A stretch of DNA of 64,000 nt from Lingula anatina (Eukaryota; Animalia; Brachiopoda): assembly GCA_051362555.1 (NCBI GenBank), contig CM120646.1:13950001-14014000 (forward strand). Reading direction: 5' to 3'. The position numbers and the translations under genes are program-made. Positions 42,389 through 55,994 of this stretch are shown piece by piece. The notes beneath the pieces are model-generated. The model had not been told where the DNA came from and ran no database searches. It was given only the letters and a program-made list of their open reading frames with translations. The stretch's first letter is position 1; each line of letters opens with the position of its first letter.

Positions 42389-45358
42389 GTATCTTTTCTT
42401 AATTATAAATGAAATTTTACAATTGTTCAGTATGTCCTAAAAATTGTACTTTCGTGAGGAAGTAAAGTAAGCAAATGAAAACAACTATTGTAACTTAATT
42501 CATTGGATATGCAGTATACAGAATTATCAAAGTATGAGAAGCCTTACAAATTATACTGCACGTGTAAAGTCATTTATTCATTTAACAATACAAATAGTAT
42601 TTCAAACTCAAAATAAAGATATTTCACTAAAAGTTGTTTCTTTCTCAGGTGACCCAGTGTATACTTCGCTGTCTACGCCGGCCACAACAAAAGGTATGCT
42701 TAATTTTCAATTACTCCTAATGTTAAGAAACATTTGAAAAATGTATAAATCATATCATTGACGTTGAAGAGCATCTTTCGTGGTAAAGGGAAAATAATGA
42801 TTGATATTTTTAAAACCTGTTTTTAAGAATTTTATTAGTCATTCTGAAAAAATTGTTTATTCGGCTAACATATAGCCATAATACTTTGACTTTTTAAAAT
42901 TTCTGATAATAAGCTGTATATTTTATTCTTACCCACATGCCTGCAACTTTCATAATAAAATGTAAGATCCTTGCTGTCGCTTTATCGATGATTTACATTA
43001 TAATAAAAAAAAACTTGTAATGTCAGACAAAATTGAGGAGTCGGTTAACAAGCGCACCCGACCATAATTTTGTGGAAATCAGAATTATTTGTGCATCTAT
43101 AACTTTTTTTTTCAAATTGAAAATCATTGGGTACTTGTTTGATAAGTGGGAAATATTTCAAACTGGCTTCAGGAAACATTTGAATGCTGATTTTATGCTA
43201 AAACACGAACCAAGCTATGAATTTCACACCCAAAACAAAGAAATTTAAAAGAAAATTTAGCTATTAATCGATTTTGTCTGGCCTAATGGCAATATTTATA
43301 GCTCCTCACTGCGGAAACGACACCAACTGGCTAAGTCACGGAGATTATTGCTATTACCTGAGCCTTAGATATGGCAGGGGCGCCCAGTTACCCTGGCATG
43401 ACGCCAAGATCTACTGCATACAAAACGGTGGTGATCTTATCAGCATACACAGTGTTGACGAGAACAATTTCCTGATTTCTCAAGTAAGAAATTATCATTT
43501 TAAAACATTTTTCTTAATCAATGCTTACCTGCAGCTAGCAGGATTTTAGTATGAAAAAATCCCAGGGAAGCGGTTGAAGATAAAATGATATGCAAGCTGG
43601 CTGTTTATACGGTCTGGTACTCATCTAGACGTAAATGTATGGAGATAATATACTTCTGATGATCTGTGAGAAAGAAAAGTTGTAACACTTTATAAAGATC
43701 TACCCAACTTCCTTCTCTCTCTCTCCCCCCCCCCATCCCCACCCACCCACCCACACATATAAATATATATATATATATCCCGCAGCCTAAAACCCTGACT
43801 AGCATTTCTGGCTTTGTTTTGTCTTGATTGATTATAAGGGTCTGAGGGTTTCGCTTTGGCTGAATAACGATTAAGTAGTACATGCCACCATTGAAACATT
43901 ATTATAACGCGAACTAGTATGAAGACACAATAAATATGACAATGAATTTTATAAATGAGATCTATATGTTTAATACATATTTATTTCTACAGGCTTATGA
44001 TTCGAGACAGTTCTGGATTGGATTAAATGCTCTGGATTTTGAAAGTTACAAGTAAGCATACCATTCATGGACCGTTCGCAGATTATCGTGACACGCAGTG
44101 TGCCTACAGACTAATTAATTTATTAATTAATTATCATCTGATATCGGTCAAAAGCGTGTAAGGTACAACTGTACTGAGCTTTGTGTGTGCATGTCAGAGG
44201 CAATTGGCGGGAAATCATGTTTGTAACGTTTTCTGTGCTGCAATTTTTTACCAACCCTTACACTTATTTAGTTCTTTTTTTTTTAACTATTTAACACAAC
44301 GACGCTTCTACAGGGTCATTGTTTCCCGATCTTATATATTTATTTTTATTGGCTTATGCTTTTTTTTATTTCATTATCTTAATTTCTTCAGATGGAGTGA
44401 TGGCAGTGTGTTAGACTTCCTGGCCTGGGACGTGAACCAGCCGACCAACCTTTATGGTGGCCAGAGGTGTGCCACATTTAGCAAGGAAACAGGTAATTTA
44501 GCAATAATACGTTTTTGGTTTATTTTGAGTAATACTTTTATTGTTTGAAAAATTTCCAATTGTGTGAACAATCTCCAGACTGAAATTACAGGGCAAGTGA
44601 AAACGAAGGTAAAATTAAAGGTAGGGAGCATTTGCAGTGCGAGATCTGGAAATGTCTAAGTAGGCCTATCTGGATCATTCGAAAATTATTGGAGAATTAT
44701 TCTGTTCCGATTCCCCAAAATCATATTTCTGATCACTTGTCTGTATTCGTTAACAGGAAATTGGGGAAACGAGAATTGTGGTGAATATAAGAATTATATA
44801 TGTAAACGACACAAGGACACGAGAACCACGGTGGCTCCAACCCCAACTCCAGTCATACTTGGGGGCTGTCCGACAGGATTCCAAGGCATTGGTAAACTTC
44901 CTTGACATATATAAATTAATACTTTTAATTAAATTAATATAATTAGTGATGGTTTTTATTTTTCTACAAGACTTATAACGAAGAGGATTTGTGTTGGGTA
45001 ACAAGAGTGATAATGTAACTGATATACATTTAACTTTGTCTGACTTTCTTGTTATTACAAGTAGTATGGGGTGATCTATATGGACAAAATATAAACATGT
45101 TTGCCAGCTGAACCAAGTTATTTTGTTGATAGATTTTATGAAAACAATGAATATTCGAAATGCATATTTTTGTAGGTAATAAGTGCTACATGATTGTGGG
45201 AGACGATGTCGATTCTAGCAAGTTAAAGGCGTGGAATGAGTCGATTCAAGCGTGTGCTACATTCAGTAAGAGATCTGTTCTTGCAAGTGTTACCAATTCC
45301 TTGGAAACAGGTTCGTAAAAGTGGTAAAGAAAGTGTAGTCTTGTTTGTCTGAATTGTA

Positions 45359-45397
<39 letters not shown>

Positions 45398-48300
45398 AAA
45401 GCAAGACAGGTAAGTGGCAGTTAATAATTATAAATAAATTGCTAATTGTTAATTATTATTCTATTCGATTAGCCGTTATTCTATCCGATTGATCTTTCTG
45501 GATTTCATTATTAACTTAATTCAACAAATTTAAAATCACACCTTTCAGCGTTTCTGACAACTGTTCTTAAAGACAAAACGATTAACTACTGGATAGGCCT
45601 TAGCATACAGTGGGTTGGTTACAAGCGCAGATACAGAAGATTTCGCTGGGCAGACAATTCTAAAATCGACTATGCCAATTGGGATTTCGGTGAGCCCAGT
45701 GGAACTTCATACACCCCTAAGGTAAGTTAAGGGACATATTTTTGTACATTACTTACAAGACACAAATGTCTTAACCGTTGTATTTTTATGTAATGTGATT
45801 ACAGCATGAAAGAGGCTTCTTCGTTTTTGTGGAGTATTTTGTATACAATGTATGTGGCTTTGAAAGTCCTTATACACACATGTGGCTGATTGAGAGCAAT
45901 CGCCCACTCGATGCTGGGATTTTCGGTTTCATTCATAAAATTCACGATTTCGCTTGATGGAAAGCCGAACTGATTTTATAGTCGCAAAATGCTTTGTTTT
46001 AACACTCCACGCCTTTTTAGATAGGTAGTTCAGCTTATGGAGAACAATGAGAGATATCTCATCGAACAAGCAACATAAATAGCTTTCAAAATGTGCGTTT
46101 GGTTGATCAACAGGAGGATTGTGTGGCTGTTGCTTCAAAGGGACACTCTATCGGGCGATGGCGGGATCATGGGTGTAATGTAAAGATGGGATATATATGC
46201 CAGACATGGAAAGGTAAGTTGGAATGACAATGAAGCACCAAGAATAAAGCACACGTAATACGACATCATTGCGATATATTAGTAACCAAGTAACATATGT
46301 AACATGCGGAACTTTAAAGTTTAAATTTAAAAACGTACAATATGGTTTATAACTTTTTTGTTTTTGGTTTAAATGATCTTCTAAACCTTTTCCGATTTGA
46401 AGGGTGAAGAATGATGTCTCTATAGTTTTAATCTTACTGTTGAACGTGAATACAGCATCATAAATAAATTCAAGAAAGTACAAGTAAATTAACGTGCTTT
46501 TTGTAATGCTTCCAGCAGTGATACATTTCGTTTCATTTAAGATCCCAACCTCCCCACATCACAAGCGCCCACACAAGCAGGCTCACTTTGTCCAACTGGC
46601 TACGAATCATTTGGATCTGCCTGTTACCAACTGACGTCACCCATGACGTGGGAAGAGGCCAATGTCACGTGTGAGGGACAGCAAGACAGCCTGGTGTCCA
46701 TATTAGACCCCCATGAGCAAGCTTTCCTTGTTTTGATGATGCATCGGAATGATACACAGCCTGTTTGGATTGGGTTACACAGAAATAGGGTAAGATTTAT
46801 CGACGATGAGAACTGGGTACAAATTCAAATCGAGTCTTAAATTGAACGATTATGGCTAAGTGCATTCAGATTTTCAAAATGACGCTCTACGTTGATATGG
46901 TATTGCTAATATTAAAGGATTATACCCAGTACATCGGATGAATGAAAAAGCATCTAACATTTTTGATTCTGATGTTCTTCTCCATTTCAGTCATCATTTG
47001 AATGGGTCGATGGATGGCTTGTGAATTACGTCAACTGGAACGCGCGGGAACCTTCCCGGAACACGGGAGATTACTGCGTACTTCTCGACACTAATGGACG
47101 TTGGAATGACACAGTGTGTTATAGGAAATTTCGAGCGATTTGCAAGAAAACAACGGGTAAATACCATGTGCTCCTTTTCAAAAGTGCATCTGATGGTTAC
47201 CACGTGCTGAATTAACAATACAATTAAATGAACACATTTTGTTTTGAAGATTTTTCATATTAGCTAGACCATTGAAAATATTTGTTACAAATTAACTGGT
47301 TGTGGTTTTCACATACTGGTATTTAGCGCCCGTAATATTACAGTACTACCTAATTTTTTGTCTAGTAATTTGCAAAACTGGTAGCGGGAACAGTCGTAAA
47401 ATCAGCGCTAGTTGAACGCAGCAAATATATACTTCTATACAAATATGTAGTTTCCAATTTTGAGTAAGTTGTAGGGGCGGGATATAAAACACAGGCAAAA
47501 GGCATGGAAAGGAAAATATTCAAAATCTGTATCAAATGGTTTCAGTTCGGCCGCCCACTCCGACTGTGGAAATCCCTGGCACTTGTCCGGACGCCACCTG
47601 GCATCCCTATGGTTCCTATTGCTACTTTATGTCGAAAGGGTATGCAATGTGGGCAGGTGGCATTTTCCAGTGCCACAAAAAGGGGGCGACACTGGCGTCC
47701 ATCACAGACCAAGGGGAGATGGACTTTATACTGCGGACCGTTAGAGAGCAGCTGCTGACGGTGGATCTGTGGATAGGACTATATAGGAATCTTGATGGTG
47801 GGGCGCAATTGATTAATTATACACCTGTATAAGGGAGACAAATTAAACTTTGAATTTATTCGTAATCAATGATTTTTTTATTTAATGAAAAAGTAACCTT
47901 TTGAACGCCATATATTTTCTGTTCATTACAGTCGACGTGATTTTTACGTTCCATGATTAAATTGTCAAAATGAGCGTAAGTACTCATCAGTAACCCAAGA
48001 TAATTCGCATATCATTTATATTCCTCCAATCCCTATTTTGGCGTCAAACTCAGCCAACGTATTTTTTTCTGGCAAACAATTTGAGATATTACACGTCTTT
48101 AAACAGGGTCACTCCGTTGGTACGATGGCACTCCTATCAATTACGAGAACTGGGGAATAGGGCAGCCATCTTCAGAGAAGGACATGGACTGTGTATATGC
48201 CGCCAAAGGGCGCGGTGATTGGCAGGCGGGGCGGTGCGGCCTAGCAATAGGCTATATTTGTAAAGTACCCAAAGGTAAGGGTCAGCGGACACGAGCTTGC

Positions 48301-51300
48301 ATGGTCAAAGTAGATGTTTGCTCTGTTTGTGTTTACACTTTACTGTATATATGGCTTTTATTTGGCAATGTATGGTTTTCATCCCTTAGTTAAGGTACTA
48401 TGTTAGATCATTAACTTGCCTCATTTTCAATAAGTCGTAGTATTGTGGGTCGTTTTACTGTAGTTTTTATTTAATGTATTTACGCTAAAATTTGTAACTT
48501 ATAATTGGTTCAAATTCAATGACATAATAAATCAAGTCCTTCAAATTGAATAGCTGCAACTGCAGGAAAACGTCCAAATGTTGCAGATAATATTTCATTT
48601 TTGAGGAGGATATCTATAGTTTTCTACGTAAACCTGTTTTTTACAGCTTTGACGGCTTTTTAAAATGATCTTATGAAAACCATGGCTTTTTTTCATGGCC
48701 ACATGCTTCATATATACACAGTGAATGTGTTCCGTATATTTAGTTCTAGCAACAACACCTCTAGCTCCTGCTTGTCGAGATGGCTGGTACCAAAGAAATA
48801 GCATGTGTTATAAGGTAATTCACATGTCCTTAATATTTCAATTGCTCGAGATGGCATTTGACAAATGTAGAAGAAATCCACCTTCGAAAACACCGCAAAA
48901 TGCACACCAACGTAGATAAGCACAGTACACGTAGCCAGTGTCGGCCCAATACGATGGCCCAGCGGCTAAAAGGATGTTGGCCGATACTGTTCTTCAGCAA
49001 TATTGGTCGGCTTAATTGTAGGTTTAAAAATGCAATGTTTAGCTGACATCCGACCTCGACAGGTGCTTCTGTCATGTATGGTTTTCGTAAGATTATATTA
49101 CATTTTTTTTCAAACAATATTTATTTATGCTCTGGTTAAATAGAGTTAATTGTAAGTTTGGGGGAAATAGATATATATTCATTCATATCTGTACGACTTT
49201 TTTATAATTTTGATTAGGGATTTTATAAATCGCGTAGAAATACGAGGACCTGGGCTGATGCTCGCAGTTTCTGCCAGCTTGAAGGAGGAGATCTGGCAAG
49301 TTTTCACAGCAGTGTAGAATTGAACTGGTACTTGGACACCCTTGGGACATATTTTAGGTGTGTATTAAAATTTGTTCTGCTTTGTCTCACTGATAATTTG
49401 TATATTATTATTATTATAAAGTTGATTATGTGCCTTGGAGAAATATGTGAAATTGAATTCTATATCTCACTTCGAAAGGATAATTGTTTTGGCCCATTTT
49501 TAATTTTTCGTTTATTTACTTTTGGAAGGGGGGGGGGGGTTAAAGCATACAGAAAGTACTTGATTTAGAAAATGTGGTAAAGGTTTTTCCTTTTACCTCA
49601 GATACACACTCGGTAGAGATATGGTTTGGATTGGTCTACATGCACCAACAAATACAACAGGTTAGTCTGTTTCACCTTGTTGACGGTGAATCTCTCTAAC
49701 CTTAGTTAAAATACTAGTGAAGCAAAACAGCTGGTAAGATTGCTTACCATTTCCATCGTGCGCTGGATTGCATAATGTATTTATAGTATGTGCTTAATGT
49801 TTTACTTGTATTGAGTACAAAAATAGTAACTTTGATATAACTAAAAATAAACAATCTACAAATAACACACGTTTGATAAACAATTCTGTAAATAGATGGC
49901 GCTGAGCACATTTGGTCTGACAGCACGGAGACCAACTTCACGAACTGGGATGACGGCCAGCCGGACAACCATAACGGGATGGAGCGCTGTGTTGGGATGT
50001 TTGCCACAACGGGGAAATGGCGAGATGAGAACTGTGCCAGTGCCAGAGGTTGGATTTGCACGGTACTTCTAGGGGCAACGACGGTCTCAAAGACAACTGA
50101 AGGGACAAGTTTAGGTAAATTATACTACGTTTTTATTTATTTCTCGACTTATGATTCAACCCTTTTATTTAAAATATGTAAAAATTCGGTTGTTAAAACA
50201 TTAATATAAAAACTATTTGAAACCTTCCTTGTGCAGTTTAATCACCAATTGGATAAGTATTAGCGCTCATTAATACATGTTAAGTACATATCGGAGCAAT
50301 CTGATATTGCCAGCAACAAAACAACATTCTGTTCTCCTTAGAATAAAATGTAAACATTACAAGACACGAACCGAAAAATAAGGATACATGATAAATACTT
50401 AAAATTTATAGGTCCCGCGTTTCTTTTATGTAGTTAAGACGGCAGTGAACAACCACACGAAAAGTTTGTGAACTATAAATAAAAACCGCTTCTTTGATAC
50501 GTCTCCGTAAATAAGATCATCAAAAACTTCTTTTATTATAAAGAAACATAGTTTCATGTTATCCGATACAGATAACATCTATGTGATAAATGAGCAAATG
50601 TCTTATTTCAGCCAGCAACATCTGTGGAGATGATTGGCATTCTTTTGGGAACAATTGTTATTTCTACAGTCATCGCTGGGGTGATCCAGGACGCGAGTCG
50701 TGGCGCAGTTCTCGAAAATGGTGTCTGAAGAACGCGGGCGATTTGCTTAATATCCAGACCCCAGAAGAGGCCGATTTTATCACCGCCTTAATTGGTAGAA
50801 CAGAGCACGTTAAATTATGGATAGGAGCTAATAATATAGACTTGAACGGCTACAAGTAGGTTTGCTGTTTCACGTAAGACAAACAGCTCAGCTGTTTGTA
50901 ATTAACAGAAATGATTTAATCTAATGTAGAATTTTGATTTACTTTACTCGCTGACCGTTTGCAAATGACATGCATATGAACTTACAAAATTCATCAAAGA
51001 CATCTAGACTGCACGGCGGGTTTTCCAGAAACCGTGGTTTTTAAAATGGCTAAATTATATAATATGGATTTATGAAAAAGATGATAAGCGAAAATCTTCC
51101 ACCTGTAAAACGTTGATTTTTTCTCCATAGTGCTTTAAAATAACGATGATGCCGAGATTTTCATATTTGCGACATGGCTTCTGTCTTATTTTAAAACTTA
51201 AAATTTAGATTTAGATTCTGTACGTCATAGTAACACACTGTGCAGCATTATTTAATTTATTTCCAGGTGGACTGATGGAACGCCCGTGAACAACATCAAC

Positions 51301-54300
51301 TGGGCTAAAAGTGAGCCAAACTCAAAGAACGGAGACCAGAGATGCATCAATATCTACACTGGCAAGGAGAATATACAAGCTGGTAGTATTTTAATGATTA
51401 TATAAAACGTCTTTCCGTTCTGATGCATCCAAGTGAACCAACTATATACACGTACCAACGTATGCATAAAACACTGCTTGTCACGTGTGAACTTTACTTA
51501 TTTTTCAATCCATATACCATGACTATTTGTTTAGCATTGCTTCTGCCGGACAGTTACACGTGTTGGCTTTAATTATTTTGCTTTGTAACTAGAACCTTTT
51601 AATAATTAGGTCTTCATCCGCTCCCTTTTCGAAATTTTAAAAATATCAGAATGTTCCCTCGACATCTTTCATTGTCTTCCTCTGTCTCGGTTTTATGTAT
51701 TTTATATATTTTCGCATGTGTATAGTGCGACTTTTTAAAAAATTATATTACTTTTATTGTTATTATTATTATATACAAAGGTACATTTAATGATGACAAC
51801 TGCGGTGACAAGCTACCGTTTATATGTAAGAGGCACGTGTCAAGTAGTACTACCGGGACCATGCCGCAGACCTCTTTAATACCAGGGCACTGCCCTGTTG
51901 GGTTTGAAGGCGTAGGTAGGTGACGTTTCATTGTAATTGTGTCCACGATTTGGTTAAGTATGTATTTTTTTTTTCACAATAATAGCGAATAAAAATTTGA
52001 TGATTTTCCACATCTTTCAGCTGTGATGTATTTTAGGAAAATATCCAATTAATTACTAAAAACGAAGTTGGACTATGTTCCTTTTGTTTGTATGTATTAC
52101 AACTTAATTAGAAGCTCTTTGGCGAAATGATAATACTGTCTGGCCATCTATTTACCTGTTCCTTATAATATGTTGCCGTACCGCAGGAAACCGGTGTTAT
52201 AAATTTCTTGGAGTAAAGGAATCAGACAGAAAGAATTACACCGACGCCAAGGCCGCGTGCGCCGCCATGGGAAAAACAGTCTTCCTGGCCAGCATCACCA
52301 ACTCTTTTGAACAAGGTGAGCAAACTGGTGACATAAAACTGACATAAGCACTACTGCGCCCATGGAATACATGACTTCTTGATTGGCTTATACAGACATG
52401 TTCTTTGAAAGCTCCCATTATTTAATCCTTGCCCCATCATATAATCCAAACCTTTGTTTCACGTATAGGGTAATCGTGGTCCTTTGATATCTATAAGAAA
52501 CGATGCGACTTTAAAAACTGGAGCTATTTCTATAATTTATATTTAACTAAAATTTATATTTTATTACAGCTTTTGTTACGAGTAGAGTTCAAGACACGGA
52601 TGTTAACTACTGGATTGGATTAAGTGACTATGACCGCCAACATTTTTTCCGATGGTTGACGAATGAAGATTTGACATATACCAATTGGGATACTAATGAA
52701 CCTACAAACTTTTTCGTTGTATGCATTTGTATATACTTTTTGACATGTTTTATTTATTTGTTTGCTTATTTGTGGACTAAGTCTTTTATCCGATTTGTTT
52801 GTCTGTGATAATTTACCCTTGTCAAAGATGATTTTAAAAGAAATGTATGTGCTTAATATGATTTTTCACTGATGTTGGGTCATTTATGTATAATTTTTGC
52901 ATCATGAAGACTTTATTTTAACAAATCTCTAATAGTCAGTTTGATTATGAGGCGGGCGATTTACTATAATGCCATGTTTTAAATTCATGAGTTTTGATTT
53001 TGTATAGTCGCAGGGAGAAAACTGTGTCCAAGTTCAATCATCCAGAGACAGTGCTGGGAAATGGGCAGATGACACGTGCTCTAAGCGATACGGCTACATT
53101 TGCCAAACATGGAAAGGTGAAGACCCTTTGTAATAATAATAAATAAAGGTTTATTGTGTTCTTTGCAATATATAAGACATATATTGAATGTATATGTATA
53201 AAAGTATAAAGATGTAGTACTAAAATAGAGCTTTAAGATAAATTCTAAGTTATAAAACCAATAATGAGGTTAAAAATGGTGATTCGTTGTTATTTTCAAA
53301 AGCTAAAAGTTAATGGATAGACCTAGATCATTGACACGTATATAAACAGTATGGGATAAAAGTGTTTCTATATCTTTTTGTCCGACATTTTGGTAAAACA
53401 TATCTATAAACATTCCTTAGGCCCTTTTCTATGACACGAGTGTTAGGTAAAAGATGGTTCAATCTATGTGTACACAGTTTTATCTCATTAAATAATTTTT
53501 TGCATAAGTCAGTACGCCGAGATTTCAAGGTAGGTAATTCAGTGATGTCCATTGCTTCGTTGTAAGTGAGTTCAGGGTATATAATATGAAGAGCCCTTTT
53601 TTGGATGTTCTTTAAGGCTTTAGATTGCTGTGCGGTAATTCCAGCATGCCATAGCTGACAAGCGTACTCAAGTGTTGGTCTGAGATTGCTTTTATAAATT
53701 TGTAAGAGGTCATGTCTCGGCACCCCAGCGTGTTTGACCATGCATAAGAAATACAGTCTGGATGCAGCTTTTGAGAGAATTTTTTCTATATGTAAGTCCC
53801 ATTTCAAATTAGAACTGATATGAACTCCCAGCAGTTTGGCATGTGAAACTTGTTCGATTTTTATACCATCAATTATTAGGTTATCAGGTACAGTAGGGTT
53901 TTTACTGAAACAGATAAACAGTTCAACAGTTTTTTTTAGGATTGATTAGCATGTTATTTTGTTTTGTCCATTCATATAGGTTTGAGGCTGCTATGGGAAG
54001 TTTAGATTGTGTAGGTTTGGCACCTTGTTCTATTTCCCTTGGAGATGGTTTGTGAACTGTCTCATAAACTGTAGTGTCATCCACATATTTTACTGCTGGT
54101 AAAAAACATTCCATGTCATTTATCATTGTAATGTATTTATTTTTTGGAGTATGGTATAATCTGGCGTGTAGTTGGATTCAGTGCTTCTTATATTTAAGTG
54201 TTTTATATTCAAATCTTTTAATGCGTGGAAAGTACAAGATGTTGATACAATTTATAGACAATATGTACTTTATCTCATCCAACCAGTGGCTCCATCGTGA

Positions 54301-55757
54301 TTTTTCCTGGACTGCTGCAGTATACTTATCCCTAAGCTGCTTTTACGAACCTGTTGAAAAATATAAATATTTGAAAAGTAGAATCAAATTAAATGTGTTG
54401 ATTCGGTTGTAAACACGTGTTCCTTTCCCTGAATACGGTTTGCCAAATTTTGAGCTTAAGAGTCAGAAAACAACACAGACCAAACCATACCCTAGAGTAG
54501 CAAGACGTTGGCTGCGATCTTTGGCTCATTCATGAAGAGGTTTACATTTTATTATTATTTCGAACAGATCCCTCCATCAAAACACCATGGACTACGCAAT
54601 CCACAGTTCGGGTAATTACTTGCCCTGAAGACTACTCCACCTTGGACGGTCGCACGTGCTTTAAGCTGTACAATGATCCTAGACCGTGGCGACTGGCACA
54701 TAGGCAGTGCACGACGGACAGGGCATATTTGGCATATGTTCCAGACGCTGTCCAGAAGGCAGGCTTAATGACGTTTTTAATCCAGAGCGGAAAACTGTCG
54801 GTGTGGTTGGGTTTGAAAGACATGGGACGAGTAAGATTTATGTGTATATCTCTTTTTATATATTTATTTTTCGTTATAAAAACCATTACCTGTAATCACG
54901 TTTATCCGTGCAGCAAAACGTTTTGAGGGTTTTCTCGGCACCGACCCTGCCATCCACATATCTTAATTGCCATACCATCTTAAAGTACAGTGTTCACGTA
55001 AATCGTTTTGGAGTAGTGATTTACACAGCTGTGGACAAATTCCGAAGAGTTTATCAGTCAGTGTCCTATTGATGGGTTGCCAATATATTTTACTGTAGCA
55101 ACGTTTCAAGTGGGTGAATAACTGGCCCCTCCAATACACCAACTGGGACAAGAACGAACCCAGCGCGGGCGTCGTAGAGGCATGCGGAGTAATGGCGCCA
55201 GATGGCAAGTGGAAGAGTATTTCCTGCCAACGACATATGCCGTTTGTTTGCATGACATCATTATGTATGTACAATAGTACCATCACAGAACAGAACAGTT
55301 ATTAGGCATGTGTAAACTCTTTTCGTGTAATGTCCATGCACTCATCGTATGTAAGATAAATTAAAGCTTGGTTTAGTTTCTCAGCATAAACTGTTGTACA
55401 ACAAGAACAAACTGTAATCCGCACATCACATGCATACGAAACTACAGAACACCGGGACCATTGTCCATACTTTTATTCTGATTACAGATGAATTGCCATC
55501 TCCAACAGAGTCATTTGCGAGTTGGTGTCCTGAAAGTGGACTATGGAGAGAATACGACACGTCTTGTTTTTACTACGATACACAAGTCCGCCAAACTTGG
55601 GCACAGGCCAGCTTTGAATGTTTTAAACGAGGAGGCCACCTTGCGTCATTTAGCAATCAAGATGAAGTTGACTATATAATCGGTCTGTTGAGATATGAGA
55701 GCCGGCCTGAAGATCTGTGGATTGGTCTTGTGCGAAGATTTCAAAATGGTTTGTTTG

Positions 55758-55828
<71 letters not shown>

Positions 55829-55947
55829 CGAGTGTGGTGTATTTGAATATACAGTATATAGTACAATGTCCATAACACTTAATGTTTAACTAGGACTATA
55901 ACAAGCCAGGTACCTGCATGCGTTCGTGCATATGTGAAATAGAATGA

Positions 55948-55994
<47 letters not shown>

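Noticed and set aside
48940-49080. tRNA/SINE-like A-box (TGGCCCAGCGG)
   Set aside because: No convincing B-box or cloverleaf; at most a decayed SINE.
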